Of a DNA stretch of 64,000 nt, positions 46,101-56,070 are shown piece after piece. Position 1 is the stretch's first letter. Every line of letters begins with the position of its first letter. The notes beneath the pieces are model-generated. The model made no database searches, was not told the DNA's origin, and saw only the letters and a list, made by a program, of their open reading frames with translations. The stretch comes from Thecamonas trahens ATCC 50062 (Eukaryota; Protista; Apusomonadida): assembly GCF_000142905.1 (NCBI RefSeq), contig NW_013657619.1:131173-195172 (forward strand), written 5' to 3'. A program made the position numbers and the translations under genes.

Positions 46101-47411
46101 ATGTCATCCGGCGCAAACTCTGACTACTCCACATACCTCTACTCGGACTCAGAGTCGTCGTCGTCGTCGTCGCAGCAACAGGGTTCGATCGGTGGAGACT
46201 CAGTCCAGCTCGGCATCTTCCCTGCGTCGCAGACCGCGGAGCACTCGTCGTCGTACTCGACCGTCGCCCCGCCCAGCTACAAGAACGCGTCAGCCGTTCC
46301 CGGCGCTGCTTCCGTAGCGCAAATGGAGACTGGCGGAACGACTAGCGCCGTCGCGCGCAAGGAGCGGGCATGGTATGCATCGTGGCGCGGATGGGCCGCC
46401 TGTGGGTGCGTCCTTTTTGCCCTCATCGTCCTCATCCTCATCGCCACCATTCCCAACGGCTTCCAGTACGTTGAGTGGAACGAGTACGTCCTCATGCGCG
46501 GCGTTCATCCGCACAACGCCGGCGTCAAGACCAACAAGGTCTACTCCAACGGCCGCTACTGGACTGGAACCGGGTACGACCAGCTCAAGTACCCGCGGAC
46601 CTTCAACACCATCGTGTACAAGGAGGGCTCGCCATCAGGCACCATTCTGGCCTTTACCGACTCGGGCATCGAGTTTTCCATCGAGTGCTCGTACCTGTAC
46701 TGGATCATTCCGGAGCAGATCCCGCTGCTGTACTCGCTCTATCCGACCTCGTACCACTCGCGCATCGCCGCCCTCGGCCTGCGCGCTCTCAAGAACGTGG
46801 CGCCGAACTACTCGCTCCGTCAGTACGTGACCAACCGCGATGAGATCCAGCTCGCCATGTACAACTCGCTCGCTTCCGAGCTTGCTTCTCTCTGTGGCAA
46901 TGTGCCGTGCGTCGAGATCCGCGGCCGCAGGCACTTTCAGCTCCGTCGCGCGGTTGTCCCGTCGCAGATTCGCTCGACCTGGCTCAACGCCGCCGTTCAG
47001 AACCAGGTCAACATCAAGCAGGAGGCCGAGCAGGTCCGTGTCCTTGTCGTCAAGGAGACCGATCGCCTCCGCGCCGAGATCTCGGCAAACATCACCCTCG
47101 TCAACACCTCGGCAGCCGCAGAGGCCCACCGCATCCGCACCTCGGCTGTCGCCGAGGCCGATCGCATCCGCGCAGAGGCCAACGCAGAGGCCTTCCGCAT
47201 CCGCGAGCAGGCCAAGGGCTCCGGCATCCAGTCTGTTCTCACCGCCCTCAACATCTCTGACTCGGAGGGCACCCGCGAGCTCCTCTCACTCCTCACCGTC
47301 ATGGACTCGACCAACACCGACGTCAAGAGCCTCTACCAGTCGACCTCCGTCTTCTCAGATCCATCCACTCGCGTCATTCTCGGCGCCAGCAATGCCGTGG
47401 TATCCGTATGA
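46101..47411 (+). CDS. SPFH/band-7 (prohibitin-like) membrane protein B
   Basis: Ser-rich N-terminus, one TM, AFTDSGIEFSIECSYLY, LKNVAPNYSLRQYVTNRDEI, FQLRRAVVP and AEA.RIR coiled-coil repeats. Confidence 0.85.
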   Translation: MSSGANSDYSTYLYSDSESSSSSSQQQGSIGGDSVQLGIFPASQTAEHSSSYSTVAPPSYKNASAVPGAASVAQMETGGTTSAVARKERAWYASWRGWAACGCVLFALIVLILIATIPNGFQYVEWNEYVLMRGVHPHNAGVKTNKVYSNGRYWTGTGYDQLKYPRTFNTIVYKEGSPSGTILAFTDSGIEFSIECSYLYWIIPEQIPLLYSLYPTSYHSRIAALGLRALKNVAPNYSLRQYVTNRDEIQLAMYNSLASELASLCGNVPCVEIRGRRHFQLRRAVVPSQIRSTWLNAAVQNQVNIKQEAEQVRVLVVKETDRLRAEISANITLVNTSAAAEAHRIRTSAVAEADRIRAEANAEAFRIREQAKGSGIQSVLTALNISDSEGTRELLSLLTVMDSTNTDVKSLYQSTSVFSDPSTRVILGASNAVVSV

Positions 47412-47753
47412 GTTCTGCCGTCAATCCAGCTTGCTGCCAGCGCGCAATGGCGGCGACCGATGATGGCATCGGGCTGACGCCAAGCTGGATAAGTTTGGGC
47501 CACCCGCTTGCTCACCTTAAAACTGCCGCGTCTGACCGACTATGTACCGTTTCTGTGCATACCACACCGTCTTTGATTCCGAGTCGAACCCACAGTACGC
47601 TACCTTATGCCTCGCACTAGTACACGCCTACTGTGTGTGGAGGGAGTGGGATGGCTGCAGTGCGCTGGGGCGGGCGTGGAAGACTCACGGGATGAGGGAG
47701 GGCGCACGGCGGGGGGGGGGGGGGGAAATAACCACGTGAGAGGGGGGACAGAC

Positions 47754-48668
47754 ATGGAGTTTCTGCTGCAGGGGAACAGCAGGTCGATGGACCTGAATGA
47801 CGCGTTTGCAGCGACGACCGATACCAACCGGCCGATCTTTACAAAGGTGTTTGGCGATACGACGACGTGGCAGACCAAGGTGGGGACCATTACCTTTTCG
47901 TTTGTCTTTGATCCCAAGGCAAACTACGAAAAGTCAGCCATCATGGCGTCGGCGTGGAGCGATCCTGTGGAAGAGTTCAAGAAGGAGCTGCAGCGGCATC
48001 TACTGAGCGACGAGGACTTTGCGCCCATGGCGTCGGAGCAAGAGGTGGTGTGGGAGTACATCAAGGCCAACGTGCCGGCCGAGCTGCTTGTCAAGCACGT
48101 GGCGTCGATCGACGAGTACATGACCATGCTCGAGGCCCGCGCCAAGAAGGAGTACCACGAGCTCGTCGCCTTTACCGACGCCCTCAAGACCCGTGCCTTT
48201 GACTTTGCTGTCCAAGTCGCCATCGACGCGTACCCGGTGCCCAAGGAGAAGCGCCGCGGCTCGGGCCGCAAGTCGCCGGCTGTCGAGGAGAACGGCGGCC
48301 CGCGTGGCGTCTGCATTCTGCACGTCCAGCACGAGCTCCGCGACGAGAGCGAGGCGGCGTCTAGAGGCGGCCCGTCGGCCATGACCCTCGCTCCGCCGTC
48401 GGCGGCTGCCGGCGACGAGACATCATCGCCACGCCTCCGTGAGCGCTCGCTCTCCAACGCCTCGCAGGAATCGGCAGACTTTGCATCGACCAACCTCGGC
48501 GCATCGCTCGAGCTCGGCGACGCCGTCGCCCTGCGGACCGCCAAAAAGTTCCCGCGCGACGCCGCAGACTTCTTTGCCCAGGTCGAGGCTTGGCTGCAGG
48601 CGACTATCAAGAAGCGCACCCAGGAGCTTGTCGAGGCTGCGTCCATGTCGTCGACACTGTACAACTGA
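47754..48668 (+). CDS. Hypothetical protein (~304 aa)
   Basis: Long ORF with codon bias like neighbouring genes (GC3-rich); no recognised motif. Start uncertain (in-frame ATG also at 47607). Confidence 0.65.
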   Translation: MEFLLQGNSRSMDLNDAFAATTDTNRPIFTKVFGDTTTWQTKVGTITFSFVFDPKANYEKSAIMASAWSDPVEEFKKELQRHLLSDEDFAPMASEQEVVWEYIKANVPAELLVKHVASIDEYMTMLEARAKKEYHELVAFTDALKTRAFDFAVQVAIDAYPVPKEKRRGSGRKSPAVEENGGPRGVCILHVQHELRDESEAASRGGPSAMTLAPPSAAAGDETSSPRLRERSLSNASQESADFASTNLGASLELGDAVALRTAKKFPRDAADFFAQVEAWLQATIKKRTQELVEAASMSSTLYN

Positions 48669-48685
48669 ATCCTGCCTAAACTTCC

Positions 48686-49740
48686 TTAGCACACCACATA
48701 CGCATACATGCGGGTCATCTCGGCTTCGTCATCGTCGTCGTCACCGTCGCTGCCGTTAATAACCCCGACCGGCCGAACCCACTCAGCGAGCCGCTCCGGG
48801 CTCCATCCCAGCTCGCCAAGGACCAGCTCGAGCGATGGGTGCGAGAGGACAAGCGTGCCAGGCTTGAGCGCGCTCGACACCGTCTCCCACACCTCTGGCT
48901 GGTCGTCGCGCGGGACAAAGAACTGAAAGACGTTGTTGAAGACCGCAATCGACGCGCTGCTTAGCTCAGCCAGCCCAGCCTCGGACTCGGCCCGCGCCTC
49001 CACAAACCGCGCTGCGTCGGCGAGCCCATACCGCGCCGCCGTCCGGCCAGCCAGCCCGGCAAAGTACGCATTGGCCTCGACACCGATGCCCTCGATGCCG
49101 CGATGGCTCAACCCGCGGACGGCGCCCAGAACAACGGCGCCGAACCGCGAACCAACGTCGACGAGGTGAGCGCCAGAGTCCGGAAGGCCGAGCGCCGCCC
49201 ACTGCCCGTCGAGCCAGGCCACGATGGAGGTGATCTCGGCCGGCGAGAGGCTGTGGGAGATGATGTGAACCGCGCGGACGCCGTCTGCCCTGCGGCAGTG
49301 AGCGCAGACGTACTCGTAGTACGCCGCCTGCGAGGCGTCAAACAGATCGTCGGCCGAGTCGACGCCCACCCCGCCGCCGCCGGCGGAACAACCGCCAAGG
49401 CATCGGCCGGATCCGGGAAGAGCAGCGCATCGATGTGGACCGAGTTTCCGGCATCGCACTCGCCAAACAGCCCCATGCTTTGATGAAGGACCGTCTCGCC
49501 GGGTGCCAGTCCGCGCGCAGCCTCTCCGCCGTCCGCCGCCAGCTCCTCCCGAACGTATCCGCCAATGACCTCCAGCCACGCCTCGAGCGCTCCGTCGCCC
49601 ACCGCTCCCACCGCTCCCACCGCCAAAGGCTCTTCCGTCTCGGCCTCCCGTCGCCGGGTGTCTTCGGCATACACCGCCTCGAGGAACTCGTACCACTCGT
49701 CGGCAGACACGAGCGGAATCTGGCTTGTAAGCGAGGTCAT
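48686..49740 (-). CDS. Uncharacterised class I SAM-dependent methyltransferase, apparent 1-nt deletion near 49369-49372
   Basis: C-terminal frame has CxxC, ISHS, LVDVGSRFGAV, GIGVEAN and NNVFQFF; the N-terminal frame (49108..49740) has VHIDALLF. One extra G in a GGGG run joins them. Confidence 0.75.
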
Positions 49741-50103
49741 GGAGAGAGGGCGGGGGTGAAGTGGGAGGGGACGAATGAAGGAGAATTAATCGTTGGTTGG
49801 GTGGTGGCGGGGCGGGAGGGGGAGAGACGATTAACTGAAGGAGAATTAATCGTAAGGTCAAAGGTCAAAGTCACCTCAATCACTCTCCCCACCCCGCCCC
49901 CTCCCCCCTCCTACACCCACACACATTGGGATCATTGCTGTATTGAGCGCATGCGTCACCGTCATCTTGCAACACACCACATTGGAAGGAAAAATAGGAT
50001 GTACCCTCAATTGACGGAAAAAATCGCCTCCACAGCCTCCTGCGGGACGAGTCTCTCGCTACAGCTGGCATCACTGCTCTCAACAACATCCAACAACAAG
50101 ATC

Positions 50104-50349
50104 ATGCCCAAGCCCATGACTATTAAAGCTGCGTCGCGGATCTACAGGGCGGCTTGCCTCGCAAACAACGGATGTGTGTCCGCCGGCAGCTTTGCCGCCC
50201 GCGCTATGAGCGCCGCCATGCGAAACTCTCGGCAGGAACATGTCAGCCACGTCGATGACAACAGCACTTGCTTCAGCACAAGCATCTACATTTGTGCTGC
50301 CGTTGGTGCTGCCGTTGGTTCTCTCCTCCTGATCACCAACCTACTCTGA
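50104..50349 (+). CDS. Small SMP/LEA-like peptide with C-terminal hydrophobic tail (81 aa)
   Basis: MTIKAASRIYRA...NNGCVSAGSFAARAMSAAMRN is paralogous to the ORF at 50753; it ends in a TM-like segment. Confidence 0.65.
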   Translation: MPKPMTIKAASRIYRAACLANNGCVSAGSFAARAMSAAMRNSRQEHVSHVDDNSTCFSTSIYICAAVGAAVGSLLLITNLL

Positions 50350-50752
50350 CTGTAGCTTCGCTTTTTCGCAACGCAATCAGGCTGCTGCACCTACGAGCTC
50401 CGCACACGCTGTCGAGCAGTGTCGCACAGCAAGTTTTCGCATGCCATCGGCTTGCTCTCTATCTCCTCAGGCCTACAGCTCGATCAGCTTTAGGAGGGCA
50501 AGTCGGGAGGACAGTAAACATGCTAGAAAACGAGCGCAAGTTGTCGATGCCTCTCGCCACAGCATACCGATGCACAAGTGACAACAACAAGTGCCCTTTG
50601 TCCACACAGCTTCTGCCTTTGGCCCTCAGTTGAAAAAAAGGGTCTGCCCTCGGAATAGCCCGGCCGGACACCACAAAACCGGATTGAAATCTCGTGCGCT
50701 CCCACGCTACCGTTGCATCCATACCCACCCACTCCCACACCAGCAAAGCAAC

Positions 50753-50923
50753 ATGCCCAAGTCTACCGGATCATCTCGCTCGGCCATGACCCGCTCGGCC
50801 GCGTCGCGGATCCAGAGCGCCACCGCCCGCGCCAACGGCGGATCTGTGTCCAAGGGCAGCTTTGCCGCCCGCGCCCAGAGCGCTGCCGCCAGCAACAGCA
50901 GCGCATCGACCACCTCCAAGTAG
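50753..50923 (+). CDS. Small SMP/LEA-like peptide (56 aa)
   Basis: MTRSAASRIQSATARANGGSVSKGSFAARAQSAAASN matches the widespread short 'ASRIQS...FAARAQSAA' seed-maturation-protein-like motif; strong codon bias. Confidence 0.75.
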   Translation: MPKSTGSSRSAMTRSAASRIQSATARANGGSVSKGSFAARAQSAAASNSSASTTSK

Positions 50924-51133
50924 TAACCCCTCCGATACTCTCGTCTTCGCTTCCTTGCCGGCCGAGTAAACCCCTGCCTTTTGTACTCTGCCATCGTTTA
51001 GCCTTCGCGAACAATGGCCGTGAGAAAGACCGGCTCGCGAGCCGCAGACTCACCACCAATTTGTTCATTTGAGCGACCTCACTCTGCGGCTCGTCCCGTC
51101 CTCCCGCATCGCGAGCGTGTGGGCTGCCGCAGC

Positions 51134-52078
51134 ATGGATGCCCTTCCGAGCGAGATAGTCCACGAAATTGCGTACGGAGCGCGTGTGCTCGGTCCGCGCG
51201 ATGTCGTCGCCTTGGCTCGGGTGAGCAAGCGGACGCATGGCGTGCTGCTTGGCTCCGACTACGCCCGCGCTGCTGCCCACGCCACCGCCGGCCTCACCTT
51301 TTGTGCCGCCCGCGATCTGTTCCGCGCTGCGCTGCGCGCTCTCGAGTCGGACCACGCACTACCACCAACCTGCCTCGCCGCCCTCATCGACACGCTCGCC
51401 GCCAACAAGATGACCGCTGCCCGATCCAGCTTCTTCCCGCTGCTCGTACGCAAGCTGCTCGCCGTCCCGGCTGTTCTCGCTCCGCACAGCCGTGGCGTTG
51501 AGCCGTGTCCGCTGGTAGTCGCTGCTGAAGCCGGCCACGCGAGCATTGTCCCCGATTTGCTGGCTCACGAGGACGTCGATCCGGCTCACGGTTGCTACTT
51601 TGCGTTCCGCCAGGCGGCGGCGTTGGGCCACGCCGGTGTCGTCGCCGTACTTCTCGCAGACAAGCGGGTCGATCCCGAGGCTTGCGATGGCGAGCCGCTC
51701 GCAGCCGCCATTCGCTACGGCCACGCCCATATTGTGGAGCTCCTTCTCTCCGATGAGCGTGTGGACCCGGCCCGCAACAACAACGCCGCGATCTGCACTG
51801 CCGCCGAGCTCGGGCGCGCGTTGATCGTCGACACCCTCCTCGCCCATCCGGCGGTCGATCCGGGGGCATGTGACGACACGCCCATCCGCGCCGCTGCTGA
51901 GCATGGCCATGCGGCCGTCGTCGCCCGGCTGCTTGCCCACCCATGCGTCAACGCCCGCGCCTGCTTTGACTATCCGCTCCGCGCAGCGACCGACCGCGGC
52001 CACGCACCCGTCGTCGCTCTCCTCACTCACCACATCGCCGCCCAGTACGCCTTTGATTCCTTCGACGTGTATCATTAA
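51134..52078 (+). CDS. F-box-like plus ankyrin-repeat protein
   Basis: MDALPSEIVHEIA...DVVALARVSKR resembles an F-box; about six repeats of the form AA..GH..IV..LL.D.RVDP follow. Confidence 0.82.
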   Translation: MDALPSEIVHEIAYGARVLGPRDVVALARVSKRTHGVLLGSDYARAAAHATAGLTFCAARDLFRAALRALESDHALPPTCLAALIDTLAANKMTAARSSFFPLLVRKLLAVPAVLAPHSRGVEPCPLVVAAEAGHASIVPDLLAHEDVDPAHGCYFAFRQAAALGHAGVVAVLLADKRVDPEACDGEPLAAAIRYGHAHIVELLLSDERVDPARNNNAAICTAAELGRALIVDTLLAHPAVDPGACDDTPIRAAAEHGHAAVVARLLAHPCVNARACFDYPLRAATDRGHAPVVALLTHHIAAQYAFDSFDVYH

Positions 52079-52089
52079 CATCATCCACA

Positions 52090-53262
52090 TCACAGCTTGT
52101 GTGCAGTCCAGGGGCTGAGGTCGATAACCAGCTTGCCGCTCTGCCCGCCGGCGGCCATGGTCGCAAACGCCGAGTGCAGCTCGGTGACCGGCGTGACCGA
52201 GGAGACCGGCGGGACGATAGCGTGTTGGGCCACAAAGGCGAGCATGTCTGCAAACTCGGCGGACGAGCCCATGGTTGTCCCCCGGAGTTCGATCTGCTTG
52301 AGGAAGAGCCTGACCGTGTCCAGCGACCGCGGCCGGCCGGCAGTCGCGCCGTAGTGGACCAGCACTCCGCCGACGCCGAGGACGGTCCGGATGCAGTCAT
52401 TGAGGCCCTCACCACCGGCGCCATCGATGACCACATCAAAAGGCTTCCCACCCGCCGTCTCCACCAGCTCCGCTGCCCACTCGGGCTCGGTGTAGAGCAC
52501 GCCTCCGGCTGCCCCGAGCTCCGCCACCGCCGCATCGATTTTGGCCTGGCTCGACGACGAGACCCAGACCGAGTGCCCGGCGGCGACGGCAAAGAGAACC
52601 GCCATCTGGGCCACTCCGCCGCCTGCGCCGGTAACAAGGACCCGCTTGGCCTCGCCAGCCGGCGGCGACCAAGTCGCAGCCGAAGACCCGCCGGGCGGGA
52701 TAAGGCCGGCCTTGGTCGCCACCGCCCGCCACGCGGTCACGCCCGCCAGCGGAAGAGCAGCGGCAGCGGACATGGAGAGGTGCGGCGGGACAGGGTGGAG
52801 CATCCGCTGTGGCACGTACACCGTGCTGGCGAGCGTGCCCGGGAGCGGGAGCAGGCCGAGGATGCGGTACGGTCCATCGGTCGGCCCGGCTCGCGCCGAA
52901 GCCCACCCGGCGCCTGGCTCGATGACCACACGAGTAGACTCCGCCTCGCCGTCGGCGTTGGTCACAAGCCCGGCTCCGTCAGCGCCGAGGACTGAGCCAG
53001 GAACAATGCCAGGGTACATGCCGTCCATGATCCACACATCGCGGTGGTTGAGCGCAGCGTGGCTCATCGTCACCGCCACCAGATCAGACTCGGCCACCTC
53101 AAACGCCGCGGCCGCACTCGCCATCAGCTCGCTCGCCGCGACCATCGCCTCGGCTGGTGCAAACTTGCGCTCGAACGCCGCGCTGTCCCTCTCGCCTTTG
53201 CCGTCTTCCACTTTGCGCAGCACTATGCATCGCACGCTCTTGCTCGGTTTACATGCAGCCAT
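52090..53262 (-). CDS. Medium-chain dehydrogenase/reductase (quinone oxidoreductase/zeta-crystallin-like)
   Basis: AALNHRDVW...YPG...LGADGAG, AAALPLAGVTAWRA, VLVTGAGGGVA, YGATAG, LRGTTMGS and GKLVI. Confidence 0.9.
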   Translation of the reverse strand: MAACKPSKSVRCIVLRKVEDGKGERDSAAFERKFAPAEAMVAASELMASAAAAFEVAESDLVAVTMSHAALNHRDVWIMDGMYPGIVPGSVLGADGAGLVTNADGEAESTRVVIEPGAGWASARAGPTDGPYRILGLLPLPGTLASTVYVPQRMLHPVPPHLSMSAAAALPLAGVTAWRAVATKAGLIPPGGSSAATWSPPAGEAKRVLVTGAGGGVAQMAVLFAVAAGHSVWVSSSSQAKIDAAVAELGAAGGVLYTEPEWAAELVETAGGKPFDVVIDGAGGEGLNDCIRTVLGVGGVLVHYGATAGRPRSLDTVRLFLKQIELRGTTMGSSAEFADMLAFVAQHAIVPPVSSVTPVTELHSAFATMAAGGQSGKLVIDLSPWTAHKL

Positions 53263-53329
53263 CTGAAGGCTAGTGAGTGAGGTGGCACATGACACGTTGC
53301 GCAGATGCGGCTGAGGGCACGCGCCATCG

Positions 53330-54652
53330 TCATCGCCAGCGCGGCTTGGCGACATCGGCCGCAGACGCGGAGACGGCTGACGGTAGATTGCCGGCTGGGC
53401 GCGGCGCTGACCGCCGGAGCTGGACTCGCCGCTCGGCAAGGGAGAGCGGGCGTGAGCGGCCAGTGGCAATGGGCGCGGGTAGGACCCCGGGTGCACTCGC
53501 AGAATCGGCAAAGATCAACGAGCTGTCAAGGGTGGGCGGGTGCTGGGTGCCGGCGCGTGGGTTAAAGTACTTGGAGACCTTGCCGATATCACCAATCTCG
53601 TACTCACCAGGGCCTGGTGTGACGCCTGCACGGGCAGCGGCGGCGGCGGCAGCCGGCGACGAGTAGCGGACCCGGGTGTCGTGGAGGAAGTGCGGCTTGA
53701 GCGACGAGCCGGGAACAGGCTTGGCCACAGGAGCAGCAAGGGCGTGGCTGCCGACAAGCCGGACAGCGTGAGCACGGGCATCACGAGCAGCCGCAGTGTC
53801 CTCGGGATACGGGTCGTACGAGCCCGGGCCGGGCGGCGGCGGCGACGCCGACTGCAACGCGCCAGCAGTTGACAACGAAGCAGCGGCTGAGGGCGCAGCA
53901 GTCGCGGGCGAGCGGGTCGTGGCCGAGGCAAAGGCGGCCGATGGCAACGGCTTGCGCGGAGCCTGATGCGGAGCCTCTGGCTTGTACGCGCCTGGGCCCG
54001 GGACCTCGAACCCAGACGGAGTGAGCCGCTGGCCCACCGGGCGGGAAAAGGCTGCGCTTGTCTTCTTCTTGTACCGCGGCTCGGGAAGGTCCACCGAGTA
54101 CGCGCCCGGCCCTGGCTGCGGTGATCTGCGAGCGCGCAGCTCGTCGGTCCGCAAGACGGCCAGGCGTGGAGCAAAAGCGGCCGAGGCCGGGCTCCCGCGC
54201 TTTGCGGCCAGCCTCCGAGCCGCGCCATCCACATCGTAGGCACCGGGCCCGGGGGCAAGAGTCCGGCCGGAAAAGTCGCGGCCAAAGCGACGAGTCCGCG
54301 AGACAAAGCCGCCGGTGTAGCCCTTTGCGCCGATGGAAGGCGAAGCCGACTCGAGCGAGGCGTGGGCCGAGTAGGCCAAGGTCGGCGGGCCATCTGTGGC
54401 CAGTTCAGCAAAGCGCAACGAGCGCGAGTTGAACCCATCCGCCTCCCGTGCTCCATCCAGCAGCAGTGTCTCATACTTGGAAGGAATCGATGCCGCAGCC
54501 CCATCACGTGTTCGATCGTACCCGGTCCGGGTCGGGCCTGTGGGCGGGGAGGAGGGCAGTTAGTTGGGTGGGTGAGGTGTGAGGGGGGGGAAGGGGGAGG
54601 GGGGGTGGGGAGGCTTACCTTTGAGAAGTCCCCTGTTGTGGACACCAGCCAT
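53330..54652 (-). CDS. Sperm-tail PG-rich (SHIPPO) repeat protein, STPG1-like; exons 54652-54619 and 54537-53330
   Basis: Five PGPG(A/S/E)Y repeats; SIPSKYET...GFNSRSLRF resembles the STPG1 N-terminus; phase-1 GTAAGC...CAG intron 54618-54538. The gene may extend into the gap. Confidence 0.75.
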
Positions 54653-55594
54653 GCCCGTGCGGGGGGGANNNNNNNNNNNNNNNNNNNNNNNNNNNNNNNN
54701 NNNNNNNNNNNNNNNNNNNNNNNNNNNNNNNNNNNNNNNNNNNNNNNNNNNNNNNNNNNNNNNNNNNNNNNNNNNNNNNNNNNNNNNNNNNNNNNNNNNN
54801 NNNNNNNNNNNNNNNNNNNNNNNNNNNNNNNNNNNNNNNNNNNNNNNNNNNNNNNNNNNNNNNNNNNNNNNNNNNNNNNNNNNNNNNNNNNNNNNNNNNN
54901 NNNNNNNNNNNNNNNNNNNNNNNNNNNNNNNNNNNNNNNNNNNNNNNNNNNNNNNNNNNNNNNNNNNNNNNNNNNNNNNNNNNNNNNNNNNNNNNNNNNN
55001 NNNNNNNNNNNNNNNNNNNNNNNNNNNNNNNNNNNNNNNNNNNNNNNNNNNNNNNNNNNNNNNNNNNNNNNNNNNNNNNNNNNNNNNNNNNNNNNNNNNN
55101 NNNNNNNNNNNNNNNNNNNNNNNNNNNNNNNNNNNNNNNNNNNNNNNNNNNNNNNNNNNNNNNNNNNNNNNNNNNNNNNNNNNNNNNNNNNNNNNNNNNN
55201 NNNNNNNNNNNNNNNNNNNNNNNNNNNNNNNNNNNNNNNNNNNNNNNNNNNNNNNNNNNNNNNNNNNNNNNNNNNNNNNNNNNNNNNNNNNNNNNNNNNN
55301 NNNNNNNNNNNNNNNNNNNNNNNNNNNNNNNNNNNNNNNNNNNNNNNNNNNNNNNNNNNNNNNNNNNNNNNNNNNNNNNNNNNNNNNNNNNNNNNNNNNN
55401 NNNNNNNNNNNNNNNNNNNNNNNNNNNNNNNNNNNNNNNNNNNNNNNNNNNNNNNNNNNNNNNNNNNNNNNNNNNNNNNNNNNNNNNNNNNNNNNNNNNN
55501 NNNNNNTGGGGGAAAAAAAATGGCCCCCAAAGGGGGGGGTGACATCGTAGCTGGGTATGGGCAGGGGAGGAGGAGAGGGGAGAGTGATGATTGT

Positions 55595-55855
55595 GCATCG
55601 CATCGATTGTGTCGATGGTATCGAGGGATTGTATCGATCGCCTCGATTAGTTGTGGTTGATAAATTGTATCGAGGGATTGTGTCGATCGCCTCGATTAAT
55701 CGCCTCGATCAATCGTATCGATCAATCGTTTCGATTAATTGTGTCGATCGCCTCGATTAAGCGTATCGATCAATCGTATCGATCAATCGTATCGATTAAT
55801 CGTACCGATCAATCGCCTCGATCAATCGTATCGATCAATCGTATCAATCGCATCG
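55595..55855. repeat. ATCGAT/ATTAAT/CAATCG low-complexity array in a divergent intergenic region
   Basis: Repeated gatcaatcgtatc and cgcctcgattaa units. Confidence 0.85.
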
Positions 55856-56070
55856 TCGGCTATCAGCAGTGGTGGCCGGCAGATGGCAGATGGCAGGAGC
55901 TGGTCCAATGCCCCAGCCCAAATCAAGCTCAAGCTCCCGCCCGGCAACCGGATGGCAAGCACGACATCGAGGGCTTGCCGATAAACAGCTGCCCACGAGC
56001 CGTCGCCGGCGAGCAGCAATCTAGGAATAGCGCCGGACAAGGGCCAGACTCCTCTCCTCCCCGACTGACC

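Noticed and set aside
53515-55660. Long ORFs spanning N runs
   Set aside because: Artefacts of translating assembly gaps.
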